The notes beneath the pieces were generated by a model. It was not told the origin of the DNA. It did not search any database and was given only the letters and a program-made list of their open reading frames with translations. The translations under genes were made by a program, and so were the position numbers. From a virus (Duplodnaviria > Caudoviricetes), in the IMG/VR virus record IMGVR_UViG_3300030207_000369, positions 1-48,245 of that record: 48,245 nucleotides of DNA. One strand, given 5' to 3'. This document shows, piece after piece, positions 19,200 to 26,788 of the stretch (within the stretch, counting starts at the first letter, position 1; each line of letters begins with the position of its first letter).

Positions 19200-19810
19200 T
19201 GAGAAATAAATCTATAAACGAAAACGTTGAAACTAAAAACTCTGATAACAGAAGTATTAGAGATATACTAGATACTGCAGGTTTTTTAAGTGGACCACTA
19301 GAGCCAGTCGGAATGGGAGCAGACTTAATAAGTGGTTTAATATCTCTTCAACAAGGAGACTATGGAAGAGCAGGTCTATCTGGATTAGCTCTTGTACCTG
19401 GACTTGGACTTGCTGCAGGAATTACAAAGAAAGGAAAGAAATTAAAAGCTTCTGATATTCCTGATGAAGATGAATATATGGTTGGTAGTATGATGTCAAA
19501 AGAAGAACGTAAAGCAATCAAAGAAAATCTAAAAAGAATAAGAGAAGCTCAAAAGAGAGATACTCAAACATTATTGTTGGACGAAAAAGCAAATGTGATA
19601 AGAAACAAACATAACAGAGAAGCTTTTAGAAGTATGTTTCGTGAAACTATGGACAATTTAGCTTCACCAACAATGAAAGATTTGTTTAATCCTAGATATT
19701 CTGACAAGAATGTTAAAAGACAAATAAACGATGTAAAGAAACTTTTTCAAAAGTTAAAAAACCAAAAGAATATTGAAGGAATATTAGATATTCTTAAAAA
19801 ATCAGAGTAA
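19199..19810 (+). CDS. Hypothetical protein with pre-toxin-linker-like N-terminal segment
   Basis: LDTAGF...GADLISGLISLQQGDYGRAGLSGLALVPGLG followed by a basic helical C-terminus. Confidence 0.6.
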   Translation: MRNKSINENVETKNSDNRSIRDILDTAGFLSGPLEPVGMGADLISGLISLQQGDYGRAGLSGLALVPGLGLAAGITKKGKKLKASDIPDEDEYMVGSMMSKEERKAIKENLKRIREAQKRDTQTLLLDEKANVIRNKHNREAFRSMFRETMDNLASPTMKDLFNPRYSDKNVKRQINDVKKLFQKLKNQKNIEGILDILKKSE

Positions 19811-21151
19811 TTAAAAAGGAATATCATTTAAACTTCCAGGAACTCCTGCTTCCGACATACTCATTTCTGCTTCCTCAACACTATCGTATAACGTACAAGT
19901 ATCTGGAGAAAATCCTACCGTTGCTTTTCCTGTTGAGCCATATCTATTTTTAGCTACAACAATATCTAATCCAAACCTACCGTTTCTTGCATTCTCAAAG
20001 TCTACAGTCCAAGGATAGTGTGTGAATGCTACAATCTCTGCATCTTGTTCTAGATTGCCAGACTCGGCAAGGTCACTAAGTTTAGGAATACGTTCTGTTC
20101 TATATTCAATATTACGATTTAGTTGTGAGACAAGTATTACTGACATCTCTTCTGCTTTACATAACCATTTGTACCTTCTAGATGTATCTCCTATCTTTAA
20201 TCGTAAATCTCTCATATCATTACCAGGATATTCTATAAGACCTATATGGTCGTCAATAACTACGTCAGGCTTTATACGTCTAATCTCTCTAAAAGTTCCC
20301 TCTAAATTACGTATGTTATCAAACATAAATAGTTTGTCAGTATACTTTTCTTTAATAACTTGTAAACTCTTTTCAATCATATCTTTATTTGTTACTGCGT
20401 TATGTCTTAACATATGATACGTAACACCTTCTGATTCCATAGCAATAAACTTCTTCATCATTTCTGTGTTGGGCATTTCTCTGTTAAACATAACCACCTT
20501 TTTGCCAGACAACACTAGGTTGCGAGCGATATTGGCAACTGTAGTAGTCTTTGCATTACCAGGTCGTCCAGCAAATATGGTGATTTCTCCCTTAGTCATA
20601 CCGGATATAATATTATCCAGTGATGCTAGGCCTGTAGTAGTCAGGTTTCGTTGGCTAAACAAAGAGTCTTTTGTATCTACTAATAAAGAATCTAAATCAA
20701 ACTTTTGTCCAGGCTCAAGATTAATCAAAGAGCTAGCTGTATCGTGTACATCAACAAGCAATGTATTAATATCATTCTTATTGTCAGAAGCCTTAGCTGC
20801 AATCTCGTGAGACTGCTGCACTAACTTTCTTCTTAACCAGTCTGCGTTCATTTGTCTTGCATAAGATACTGCGTTAGCAGTGGTTGGTACTTTCTCTATT
20901 AAGCCTGTTATGTAATAAGCTTCTCCTTTTACCTTAGAACAAACATTAACTGCGTCTACTGGTATTCTTTCTTTCCTAAGTTCAGACATAGTTTCCCATA
21001 TCTGTTTGTTTCTTAGGTTATAAAATACATCACTTTCAGGTATAAAATCTTTTACAATGTCGTATACATTCTCATCTATTAGTATACAACCTAATACAGC
21101 TTGTTCTGATTCTTGGCTATGTATTGCAAGTGCTTGTAAATCTTTTGTCAT
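19811..21151 (-). CDS. dnaB: Replicative DNA helicase
   Basis: SEQAVLGCIL N-domain, GRPGNAKTT, LVSQLNR, PKLSDLAESGNLEQDA, VAKNRYG. Confidence 0.95.
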   Translation of the reverse strand: MTKDLQALAIHSQESEQAVLGCILIDENVYDIVKDFIPESDVFYNLRNKQIWETMSELRKERIPVDAVNVCSKVKGEAYYITGLIEKVPTTANAVSYARQMNADWLRRKLVQQSHEIAAKASDNKNDINTLLVDVHDTASSLINLEPGQKFDLDSLLVDTKDSLFSQRNLTTTGLASLDNIISGMTKGEITIFAGRPGNAKTTTVANIARNLVLSGKKVVMFNREMPNTEMMKKFIAMESEGVTYHMLRHNAVTNKDMIEKSLQVIKEKYTDKLFMFDNIRNLEGTFREIRRIKPDVVIDDHIGLIEYPGNDMRDLRLKIGDTSRRYKWLCKAEEMSVILVSQLNRNIEYRTERIPKLSDLAESGNLEQDAEIVAFTHYPWTVDFENARNGRFGLDIVVAKNRYGSTGKATVGFSPDTCTLYDSVEEAEMSMSEAGVPGSLNDIPF

Positions 21152-21519
21152 TCTTCCTCCCTACATTCTTTACAGTCTCCTTTTTCCATACGTATGTTGG
21201 CATAGAGACCTTGGTCTAAATAATTTTCTTCAAAGCTATTGCTCATATATTCTACTGCCCAAGGTCTATTACACTTCTGACATCTTGTAGGTATCCTTGT
21301 TGTAGAAATCTGTTCACTTCTTTTTGTTCCAAACAACTCATTGTTATAGTGAGGATTAGAAAGTCCATTTACAAACTTATCTATTGCTTCTTTATCAAAC
21401 CATTCGTCGCAAGACTCCGGGTCTGTTTGTTGCATATAATAATACAAAGCATCAAAGTTAGCTTTGTCTTTCTTGTATTCATCTGGGTGTCTGTATGTAT
21501 CTCCTGCTACTGTTCGCAT
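21148..21519 (-). CDS. Hypothetical protein with Zn-finger-like CxxC pairs
   Basis: CQKC and CKEC. Confidence 0.65.
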   Translation of the reverse strand: MRTVAGDTYRHPDEYKKDKANFDALYYYMQQTDPESCDEWFDKEAIDKFVNGLSNPHYNNELFGTKRSEQISTTRIPTRCQKCNRPWAVEYMSNSFEENYLDQGLYANIRMEKGDCKECREEE

Positions 21520-21839
21520 TTATTCTCCTCACATTTCTTTATTAAATTTAACAAATCTTCGTATTTAAGGCAAGCATAAACTTCTCCTCTATCTTGTTTA
21601 AGTACAGTAAAATCACAATCTTCTGGAGGTATGATATATTGTGCTATCTTATTTCTTACTTTGCACTGGACATCAAAAGTGCACTCTTCATATCCAATAA
21701 CTATATCAACCTCCGGCGACTTACCGATACTACGTCCGTCGCTTCCCCAGGCTCTCTTTGCAGAAAACCCAAACTCTTCTGCGATAGAGCAACATTCTTT
21801 TTCAAATCTATTTCCTTTTGCTTTTGATTTACTAGCCAA
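21507..21839 (-). CDS. Holliday junction resolvase (Hjc-like PD-(D/E)xK)
   Basis: SKAKGNRFEKEC...AKRAWGSDG...VDIVI...VQCK. Confidence 0.8.
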   Translation of the reverse strand: MASKSKAKGNRFEKECCSIAEEFGFSAKRAWGSDGRSIGKSPEVDIVIGYEECTFDVQCKVRNKIAQYIIPPEDCDFTVLKQDRGEVYACLKYEDLLNLIKKCEENKCEQ

Positions 21840-22266
21840 TTTCTTCTCCTATTTTTTTTGCTGCCCACAATTCTAGGTAGCCAACATATTTATCTATATT
21901 CCAATTCTTATCAAACTCTGTTTGTTTAGGCATTTCTCTCATATGCCAATTGTATTTATATCCAGACTTGTCTAGTTGACTTATGTTATATACATATATA
22001 TTATACGCTCCTAAATGTTCTGCTTCAGGAACTCCAACGACATATAAAAACTTTTTATTATTAATCTCTGCATATAGTCTATTGTATGCATACTTATCAA
22101 ACTCTATTAAGAAATCTTTATACAATTTGTTCCTATATTTAATTTCTATAATGTAATTATTGTTATAAGCGTCAAACCTATGATACTGGTTAGGACATAA
22201 TATTGGTTTATCGTCCTTAAAATACTTATTTAATGCTTTAATTATCTTAATTTCATTTTTTTTCAT
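21832..22266 (-). CDS. PD-(D/E)xK nuclease family protein
   Basis: RFDAY...IIEIKYR...LIEFDKY. Confidence 0.7.
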   Translation of the reverse strand: MKKNEIKIIKALNKYFKDDKPILCPNQYHRFDAYNNNYIIEIKYRNKLYKDFLIEFDKYAYNRLYAEINNKKFLYVVGVPEAEHLGAYNIYVYNISQLDKSGYKYNWHMREMPKQTEFDKNWNIDKYVGYLELWAAKKIGEEIG

Positions 22267-22383
22267 ACTTTTCCAAAATTTTCTTTGCGAGAATGCCCCT
22301 CTAAGCGATTATATTTACTTTTGCGACATAAGTATCGCCTATTTATTGCAACGTCCATAGAAGGGCAAGCTCGTTTGTTATTC

Positions 22384-22590
22384 TTAAAATTCATCATTTT
22401 TGTCCCTAATAAGCTTATAATTAGGGTCAGAAAGCTTAATACAAGATATAAGGTAGCCTTTGTCCCATAAAGCTCTCAAAGATTTATTAAGTTGCCAAGG
22501 AAATATAAAGTGTTTAAATAGAAAGTCTAGTCTAGAAACTCTATTATTCTCCCTGAGCTCCTTTAGTATCTTTTTTTCTATTTTGTTCAT
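22384..22590 (-). CDS. Small winged-HTH-like protein
   Basis: ILKELRE...LNKSLRALWDKGYL. Confidence 0.55.
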   Translation of the reverse strand: MNKIEKKILKELRENNRVSRLDFLFKHFIFPWQLNKSLRALWDKGYLISCIKLSDPNYKLIRDKNDEF

Positions 22591-22780
22591 CTAATATCTC
22601 CCTATACCTTTTTCTTAAAACATAGGTAAGATACTTAGTCTCTCTCTCATCTAGAGACTCAATGTCTTTAAACCCTATTTTAGAAAATCTTTTTGTGACT
22701 AAAACTTCAGTCATACCTTTTTTATAACCTACTATATCTTGAAATGATTTCATAATACTATTCCATTTAGATATATCCAT
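22544..22780 (-). CDS. Hypothetical protein
   Basis: ORF; ATG at 22780 has a GGAG RBS (the track starts it at TTG 22831). Confidence 0.55.
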   Translation of the reverse strand: MDISKWNSIMKSFQDIVGYKKGMTEVLVTKRFSKIGFKDIESLDERETKYLTYVLRKRYREILDEQNRKKDTKGAQGE

Positions 22781-22794
22781 AACTCTCCAAGTTT

Positions 22795-22917
22795 TTATTC
22801 CCTTCTCGGTTATCAAATTTTTTAGCGCCAACCAAATGTATTTGACATAACGATATAAGGGTAAACAGGGTTTTCACCTGCCCGCTTCCTTTTAAGCGTA
22901 TTATGAGAAGGGAATAA
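22795..22917 (-). ncRNA. Candidate multi-stem structured RNA element
   Basis: 13-bp perfect inverted repeat TTATTCCCTTCTC/GAGAAGGGAATAA enclosing three internal hairpins. Confidence 0.45.
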
Positions 22918-22928
22918 TTGTTTATATG

Positions 22929-23162
22929 CTAATCGCAGTTGTCGCAGTATCCTGGACCAAGAGTTTTCTTAGCCGCATCTAAAACATCTTCAGCGTCTAT
23001 TGTAATTGTTTCCTCTTTTTCCATAAACTGTTCTTGAAACTGAGCTTTCACAGATGTGCGGACAATAGAGCACATATCGTCTTCGCCTTCACATCTGTGT
23101 TTCTCTATCATTTCAATCAAAGACATAAACTGCTCTTCGTCTAATTTGATATTATATTCCAT
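22929..23162 (-). CDS. Hypothetical protein
   Basis: 77 aa, TAATG-coupled, C-terminal CDNC. Confidence 0.6.
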   Translation of the reverse strand: MEYNIKLDEEQFMSLIEMIEKHRCEGEDDMCSIVRTSVKAQFQEQFMEKEETITIDAEDVLDAAKKTLGPGYCDNCD

Positions 23163-23725
23163 TAGAACGGCAATTCGTCTTCTTTAAGAGGTTTGTTAAC
23201 AACTCTCTTAGATTTGAATACACTAACTGCTAAAGGAGTAGTTCTAGTCTCTCCCTCTGAGTCAGTCCACTTATCGTGAACAACTTTGATTGTCACTGGA
23301 TTGCCTGCAATGTCTGACTCCATAATCATAGGTAAAAGATATTTACCTGTGTCATCTTTAGTCATCTCAAATCCACAGGCTTCTGTGAATATCATATACC
23401 CTTTGTTGTTTCCTTGATTGTCTTCAAGTTTAGGGTATTTTTCTTTGTCAGGATTTTTAAATCTAAAATAACCTTTAGACTTAATCTGCCTATCTTTGTA
23501 CTCCGGGTGTTTATCTCCGTCTATAACATAGATAGCCTCAAATATGTCACTAAGATATTGATTCTTAACAACTATATTTTTCTTGATAGTTAACTTAGAT
23601 ACACTCGCTTCATAAACACCTTCTTTAATAGGAACAAATTGTTTAGTCCCTGCAGTGTCTTCAGAAGGATTATAGTAAGCAACATCATTGTCAATTGAGC
23701 TTAATACATCATCAACATTACTCAT
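23162..23725 (-). CDS. Single-stranded DNA-binding protein (phage OB-fold type)
   Basis: FVPIKEGVYEASV; acidic tail EDELPF; follows the Sak-like gene. Confidence 0.7.
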   Translation of the reverse strand: MSNVDDVLSSIDNDVAYYNPSEDTAGTKQFVPIKEGVYEASVSKLTIKKNIVVKNQYLSDIFEAIYVIDGDKHPEYKDRQIKSKGYFRFKNPDKEKYPKLEDNQGNNKGYMIFTEACGFEMTKDDTGKYLLPMIMESDIAGNPVTIKVVHDKWTDSEGETRTTPLAVSVFKSKRVVNKPLKEDELPF

Positions 23726-24359
23726 CTTTAACTCCCTTTTCTAGTTTAGAAATTACTTTATCGTAATTATCTTTGTTAATCTTACCAGACGCCAAAGCCA
23801 TCTCTACTTTCTCTGCTTCTTGCGAGTCTAGTTTGGACATACATAAATATAAATAATCAGATTGGTTTTTGTCAAGACTATTATCTATATATTGTTTTCT
23901 ATATACGTCATCTGCTACATTACATAGCCTATTTACTGCAACTTTAAATGCGTCTGAGTTTGCAGCTTTTAGGTCATTACCTAAGTCTACATACCCTGCT
24001 CCGCTTCTAGCCTGAGCTATTCTATGTGCAGCAACTGAATCAAAACTACGTGGAATACCTTCGTCCATAATTCTTAGACGTCCGTGAACTACGATAGCCT
24101 TGTCTCCAAGAGTTTCATATTTAATTACTTCCCAAGACCAAGTAGGATAATGTTGGTTTAGTCGCCAACGCATATATCCTTCGTCTACATAGTCAAAACC
24201 ATTTCTACTTTTAACTACATCTTGAGGAGTAGGTATTTCTGAAACGTGTTGGTGTTTTGCAGTTAGATTTACATTTGCGTCTGAAATCATTTGATACTGG
24301 TCTAGTTCAAATGCTTCTATTTCTTGCTTCTGTGCATCTAACTCACTCATTTTACCCAT
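23718..24359 (-). CDS. Rad52/Sak-like single-strand annealing protein
   Basis: GFDYVD...RLN...WSWEV...GNDLKAANSDAFKVA. Confidence 0.8.
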   Translation of the reverse strand: MGKMSELDAQKQEIEAFELDQYQMISDANVNLTAKHQHVSEIPTPQDVVKSRNGFDYVDEGYMRWRLNQHYPTWSWEVIKYETLGDKAIVVHGRLRIMDEGIPRSFDSVAAHRIAQARSGAGYVDLGNDLKAANSDAFKVAVNRLCNVADDVYRKQYIDNSLDKNQSDYLYLCMSKLDSQEAEKVEMALASGKINKDNYDKVISKLEKGVKDE

Positions 24360-25233
24360 TTATACTCCCATTGTTGTATGGACATAGATATCTAACGTCG
24401 CAATAAGATTGACATTTTCTTCCATTCCAAGTTTGTTCATTACTACATTTTTGAGGTAGATTACCAGTCTCAATAGCTCTCAATAACTCATCTCTTGCTT
24501 TTAAGAACTTATGTTCTAACACCTCATCATCATATTTAGGCACTTCAATTAAGTATATGTTCTTGTCTAAACCTCTATCTCTAGCCACTGCAAGACCTGC
24601 GTCTCTTAATGTGACTTGAATATACATACTATCAACTTCATAGTCTGCTTTATTTAGCAAGTATCTATACCAATTTATTTGCCAAGCCCAGTCTCCAAAG
24701 TCTGCTAAACCTTCGTCGCGATACCATTGTTTTACCATTTTAGGAGAACCTTTCTTTCCCCACTTACCACTTGACTTATATTTAGCTCCAGACGGGTCAG
24801 GCACTAATCTGTATGTCATACCTAATAATTTAGCACATTTATAAGAGCCAGTATTTTTGTAGTCTAATAACATTTTGCTTTCCTTATCATATAAGTCTGC
24901 TATACCTGTTATATTCCACAACTCTAACTTCTCTTCCAATAAATGTCTGTCGTCTTCATACTGTTCTAGTTTGGCGTGGTGCATAGTTCCTGCTAAGGAA
25001 AATGCTCTATCTTGTGGGTCTATATAATATTCTTTAGTCCTTTTAAGATACGCTTCACAAGTCCCAACTAAAAGCTCAGTCGTAGACGGCAGTCTATTAG
25101 GGTCTCTCTCTTTAGACATTTCAATTAGTGTCGGTAGCGACATACCCATTTTTAATATGTCTACATTACCTTCTCTTATCTCTTCAAAAGAAACTTTATC
25201 TCCATTTGGATATAGAAAACCAACTGCTGGCAT
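24352..25233 (-). CDS. Cas4/AddB-like PD-(D/E)xK exonuclease with probable Fe-S cysteines
   Basis: GTMHH, TGIADLYD, LLDYKNT; N-terminal Cys plus C-terminal CQSYCDVRYLCP. Confidence 0.8.
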   Translation of the reverse strand: MPAVGFLYPNGDKVSFEEIREGNVDILKMGMSLPTLIEMSKERDPNRLPSTTELLVGTCEAYLKRTKEYYIDPQDRAFSLAGTMHHAKLEQYEDDRHLLEEKLELWNITGIADLYDKESKMLLDYKNTGSYKCAKLLGMTYRLVPDPSGAKYKSSGKWGKKGSPKMVKQWYRDEGLADFGDWAWQINWYRYLLNKADYEVDSMYIQVTLRDAGLAVARDRGLDKNIYLIEVPKYDDEVLEHKFLKARDELLRAIETGNLPQKCSNEQTWNGRKCQSYCDVRYLCPYNNGSING

Positions 25234-25381
25234 TTTTAGTCTCCTTTATATAGTTTAGAATAAGAGTGTGTAATTTGTCTTTTACTGAATACCCCTCAGA
25301 TAATGTTTTAGACTTAAACTTTAACCAAAGTTCCTTGTCCATAACAAAAGAGGTTTGTATTTTTTTATTATCATTTTTCAT
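25196..25381 (-). CDS. Ribbon-helix-helix (Arc/CopG-like) DNA-binding protein
   Basis: IQTSFVMDKELWLKFKSKTLSEGYSVKDKLHTLILNYI; leaderless ATG at 25381. Confidence 0.7.
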   Translation of the reverse strand: MKNDNKKIQTSFVMDKELWLKFKSKTLSEGYSVKDKLHTLILNYIKETKNASSWFSISKWR

Positions 25382-25387
25382 ATGCAC

Positions 25388-25417
25388 AATATAGTGATAA
25401 AATATTGCTCTTGTCAA
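25388..25417 (-). promoter_or_regulatory. Promoter of the RHH/recombination operon
   Basis: TTGACA-18-TATATT, ATG 6 nt downstream. Confidence 0.65.
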
Positions 25418-25433
25418 GCAAAACTTTAAAACT

Positions 25434-25622
25434 TTATTTATTAATTTCCTCCTCTATGGCTCTATCAATATTAAAAAAAAGTTCATATTTTTTTTCAATT
25501 GCATATAATTTTTCTAAAAATTCACTTTTGCACAATTCAGTATCTATGGTGATGTTGCCGTCTGAATTCTCCCTGAAATATACCTCTTGCACAATTTTTT
25601 GCACGTCTCTTTTGTCGTTCAC
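25434..25622 (-). CDS. Hypothetical protein
   Basis: GGAGG RBS before GTG. Confidence 0.6.
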   Translation of the reverse strand: MNDKRDVQKIVQEVYFRENSDGNITIDTELCKSEFLEKLYAIEKKYELFFNIDRAIEEEINK

Positions 25623-25634
25623 TTAGTCCTCCTT

Positions 25635-25689
25635 CTGCACAATGTAGAGTTATCCCTGCACAATGTAGAGTTATGTCTGGACAATTTTG
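25635..25689. repeat. Three direct repeats at 21-bp spacing (CTGSACAAT core)
   Basis: ctgcacaatgtagagttat at 25635 and 25656; ctggacaat at 25677; intergenic. Confidence 0.85.
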
Positions 25690-25691
25690 AT

Positions 25692-25991
25692 TTATTCATT
25701 CTCGTCTCTCAAACTTTGTTCAGATGTCCACACTCCTTTAGTCTCAAATTTCCTATTAGGACTAAGTGAATTATCTAAGGCATAGTCTTTATTCTTTTCT
25801 TGTTGAGCGTCTATCATTTCTTGTAGTGATATCTCGTGGTTTTCTCCATTGTTTCTGTTTACTATCTCACTAACCCAACCGGCATTCTCTATATACTTAA
25901 CCTCTATTCTAAACCCTAACTCATTCAATTCTGCAGTCTTATTAGTTATTTCTGCTTGTAGTTTTATTGCTCTCTTGTCTCTTTTATCCAT
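25692..25991 (-). CDS. Hypothetical protein
   Basis: GGAGG RBS; 99 aa. Confidence 0.65.
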   Translation of the reverse strand: MDKRDKRAIKLQAEITNKTAELNELGFRIEVKYIENAGWVSEIVNRNNGENHEISLQEMIDAQQEKNKDYALDNSLSPNRKFETKGVWTSEQSLRDENE

Positions 25992-26134
25992 TTGCCCTCC
26001 CTAAGCACGTAAAATCCTAGACTTTTATTTACTTGTTCTAGGTCTTGTATTAGTCTAGTAATCTTGTCATTGAATATAATATTATCTTTATTCAAATGAC
26101 CTTCTTTTTTGATACTCCAAGTTTTATTTTCCAT
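25964..26134 (-). CDS. Hypothetical protein (56 aa, below the ORF-track cutoff)
   Basis: MENKTWSIKKEGH...; TAATG-coupled with a GGAGG RBS. Confidence 0.5.
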   Translation of the reverse strand: MENKTWSIKKEGHLNKDNIIFNDKITRLIQDLEQVNKSLGFYVLREGKWIKETREQ

Positions 26135-26343
26135 TAACATCTACCTCCGTCTAGTATCCTATGATATTCATCTTTATTGCCCATAGTCTCCTCTACTATC
26201 TTATCTTTAAACTCAGAGTAAGTCATAACTTCTTCTGAGCAGTCGCAGTCTTGCATATAGGCTTCTTCAATTCCACAATATCCACAGACAATCATATCGT
26301 CTGTATCTATCATAACTATATTACCTTCCTCGTGTTCAATCAT
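26134..26343 (-). CDS. Small Cys-containing hypothetical protein
   Basis: CGYC...CDC; GGAG RBS. Confidence 0.6.
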   Translation of the reverse strand: MIEHEEGNIVMIDTDDMIVCGYCGIEEAYMQDCDCSEEVMTYSEFKDKIVEETMGNKDEYHRILDGGRC

Positions 26344-26788
26344 TATCTTTTTTCTCCTTTGTTTCCTCTACGAAATAGTAATCCTCGTCAGTTAAGTCGC
26401 ACTCGTAGTCGCCGTCTAACCATACCAACATCTGAGACTTTAAGTCATCATACAACTCATCATATATTGCGTCTAAATCATAGTTATCATTGAATTCCTC
26501 TACTCCTAACGTCATAGCATCATCATAGGTATTTGCGTCTACCTCTAAGGTAGTCTCAAAATAACTCCTTAAATCAGACGTATCATATTCAACCGGTATA
26601 CTAACTCTTATTTTCCATTTTTTCATTTCTTGTTCCATTTCTGCTCCTTCGCATTGTTCACATTCATTAATATTAACACTAGGCAAGTCGCCTTCGTGCC
26701 TATTTCCACAACTACATATAATAGTCGGTGTCCATAAGCCCTTAGACAACTCGCCCTTCTCTTTTGATATATGTTCTAAATAGGACAT
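26336..26788 (-). CDS. Acidic hypothetical protein with N-terminal Zn ribbon
   Basis: CSCG...CEQC; D/E-rich C-terminus. Confidence 0.65.
   Translation of the reverse strand: MSYLEHISKEKGELSKGLWTPTIICSCGNRHEGDLPSVNINECEQCEGAEMEQEMKKWKIRVSIPVEYDTSDLRSYFETTLEVDANTYDDAMTLGVEEFNDNYDLDAIYDELYDDLKSQMLVWLDGDYECDLTDEDYYFVEETKEKKDND

Noticed and set aside
22795-22917. tRNA gene
   Set aside because: No 7-bp acceptor stem, D-arm or 7-nt anticodon loop geometry; kept as a generic structured RNA
24352-25233. Cas4-like gene as a sign of a CRISPR system
   Set aside because: No repeat-spacer array or other cas genes; its position next to Sak and SSB fits a recombination exonuclease
25635-25689. Mini-CRISPR array
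   Set aside because: The repeats are nearly contiguous with a 21-bp period, leaving no spacers
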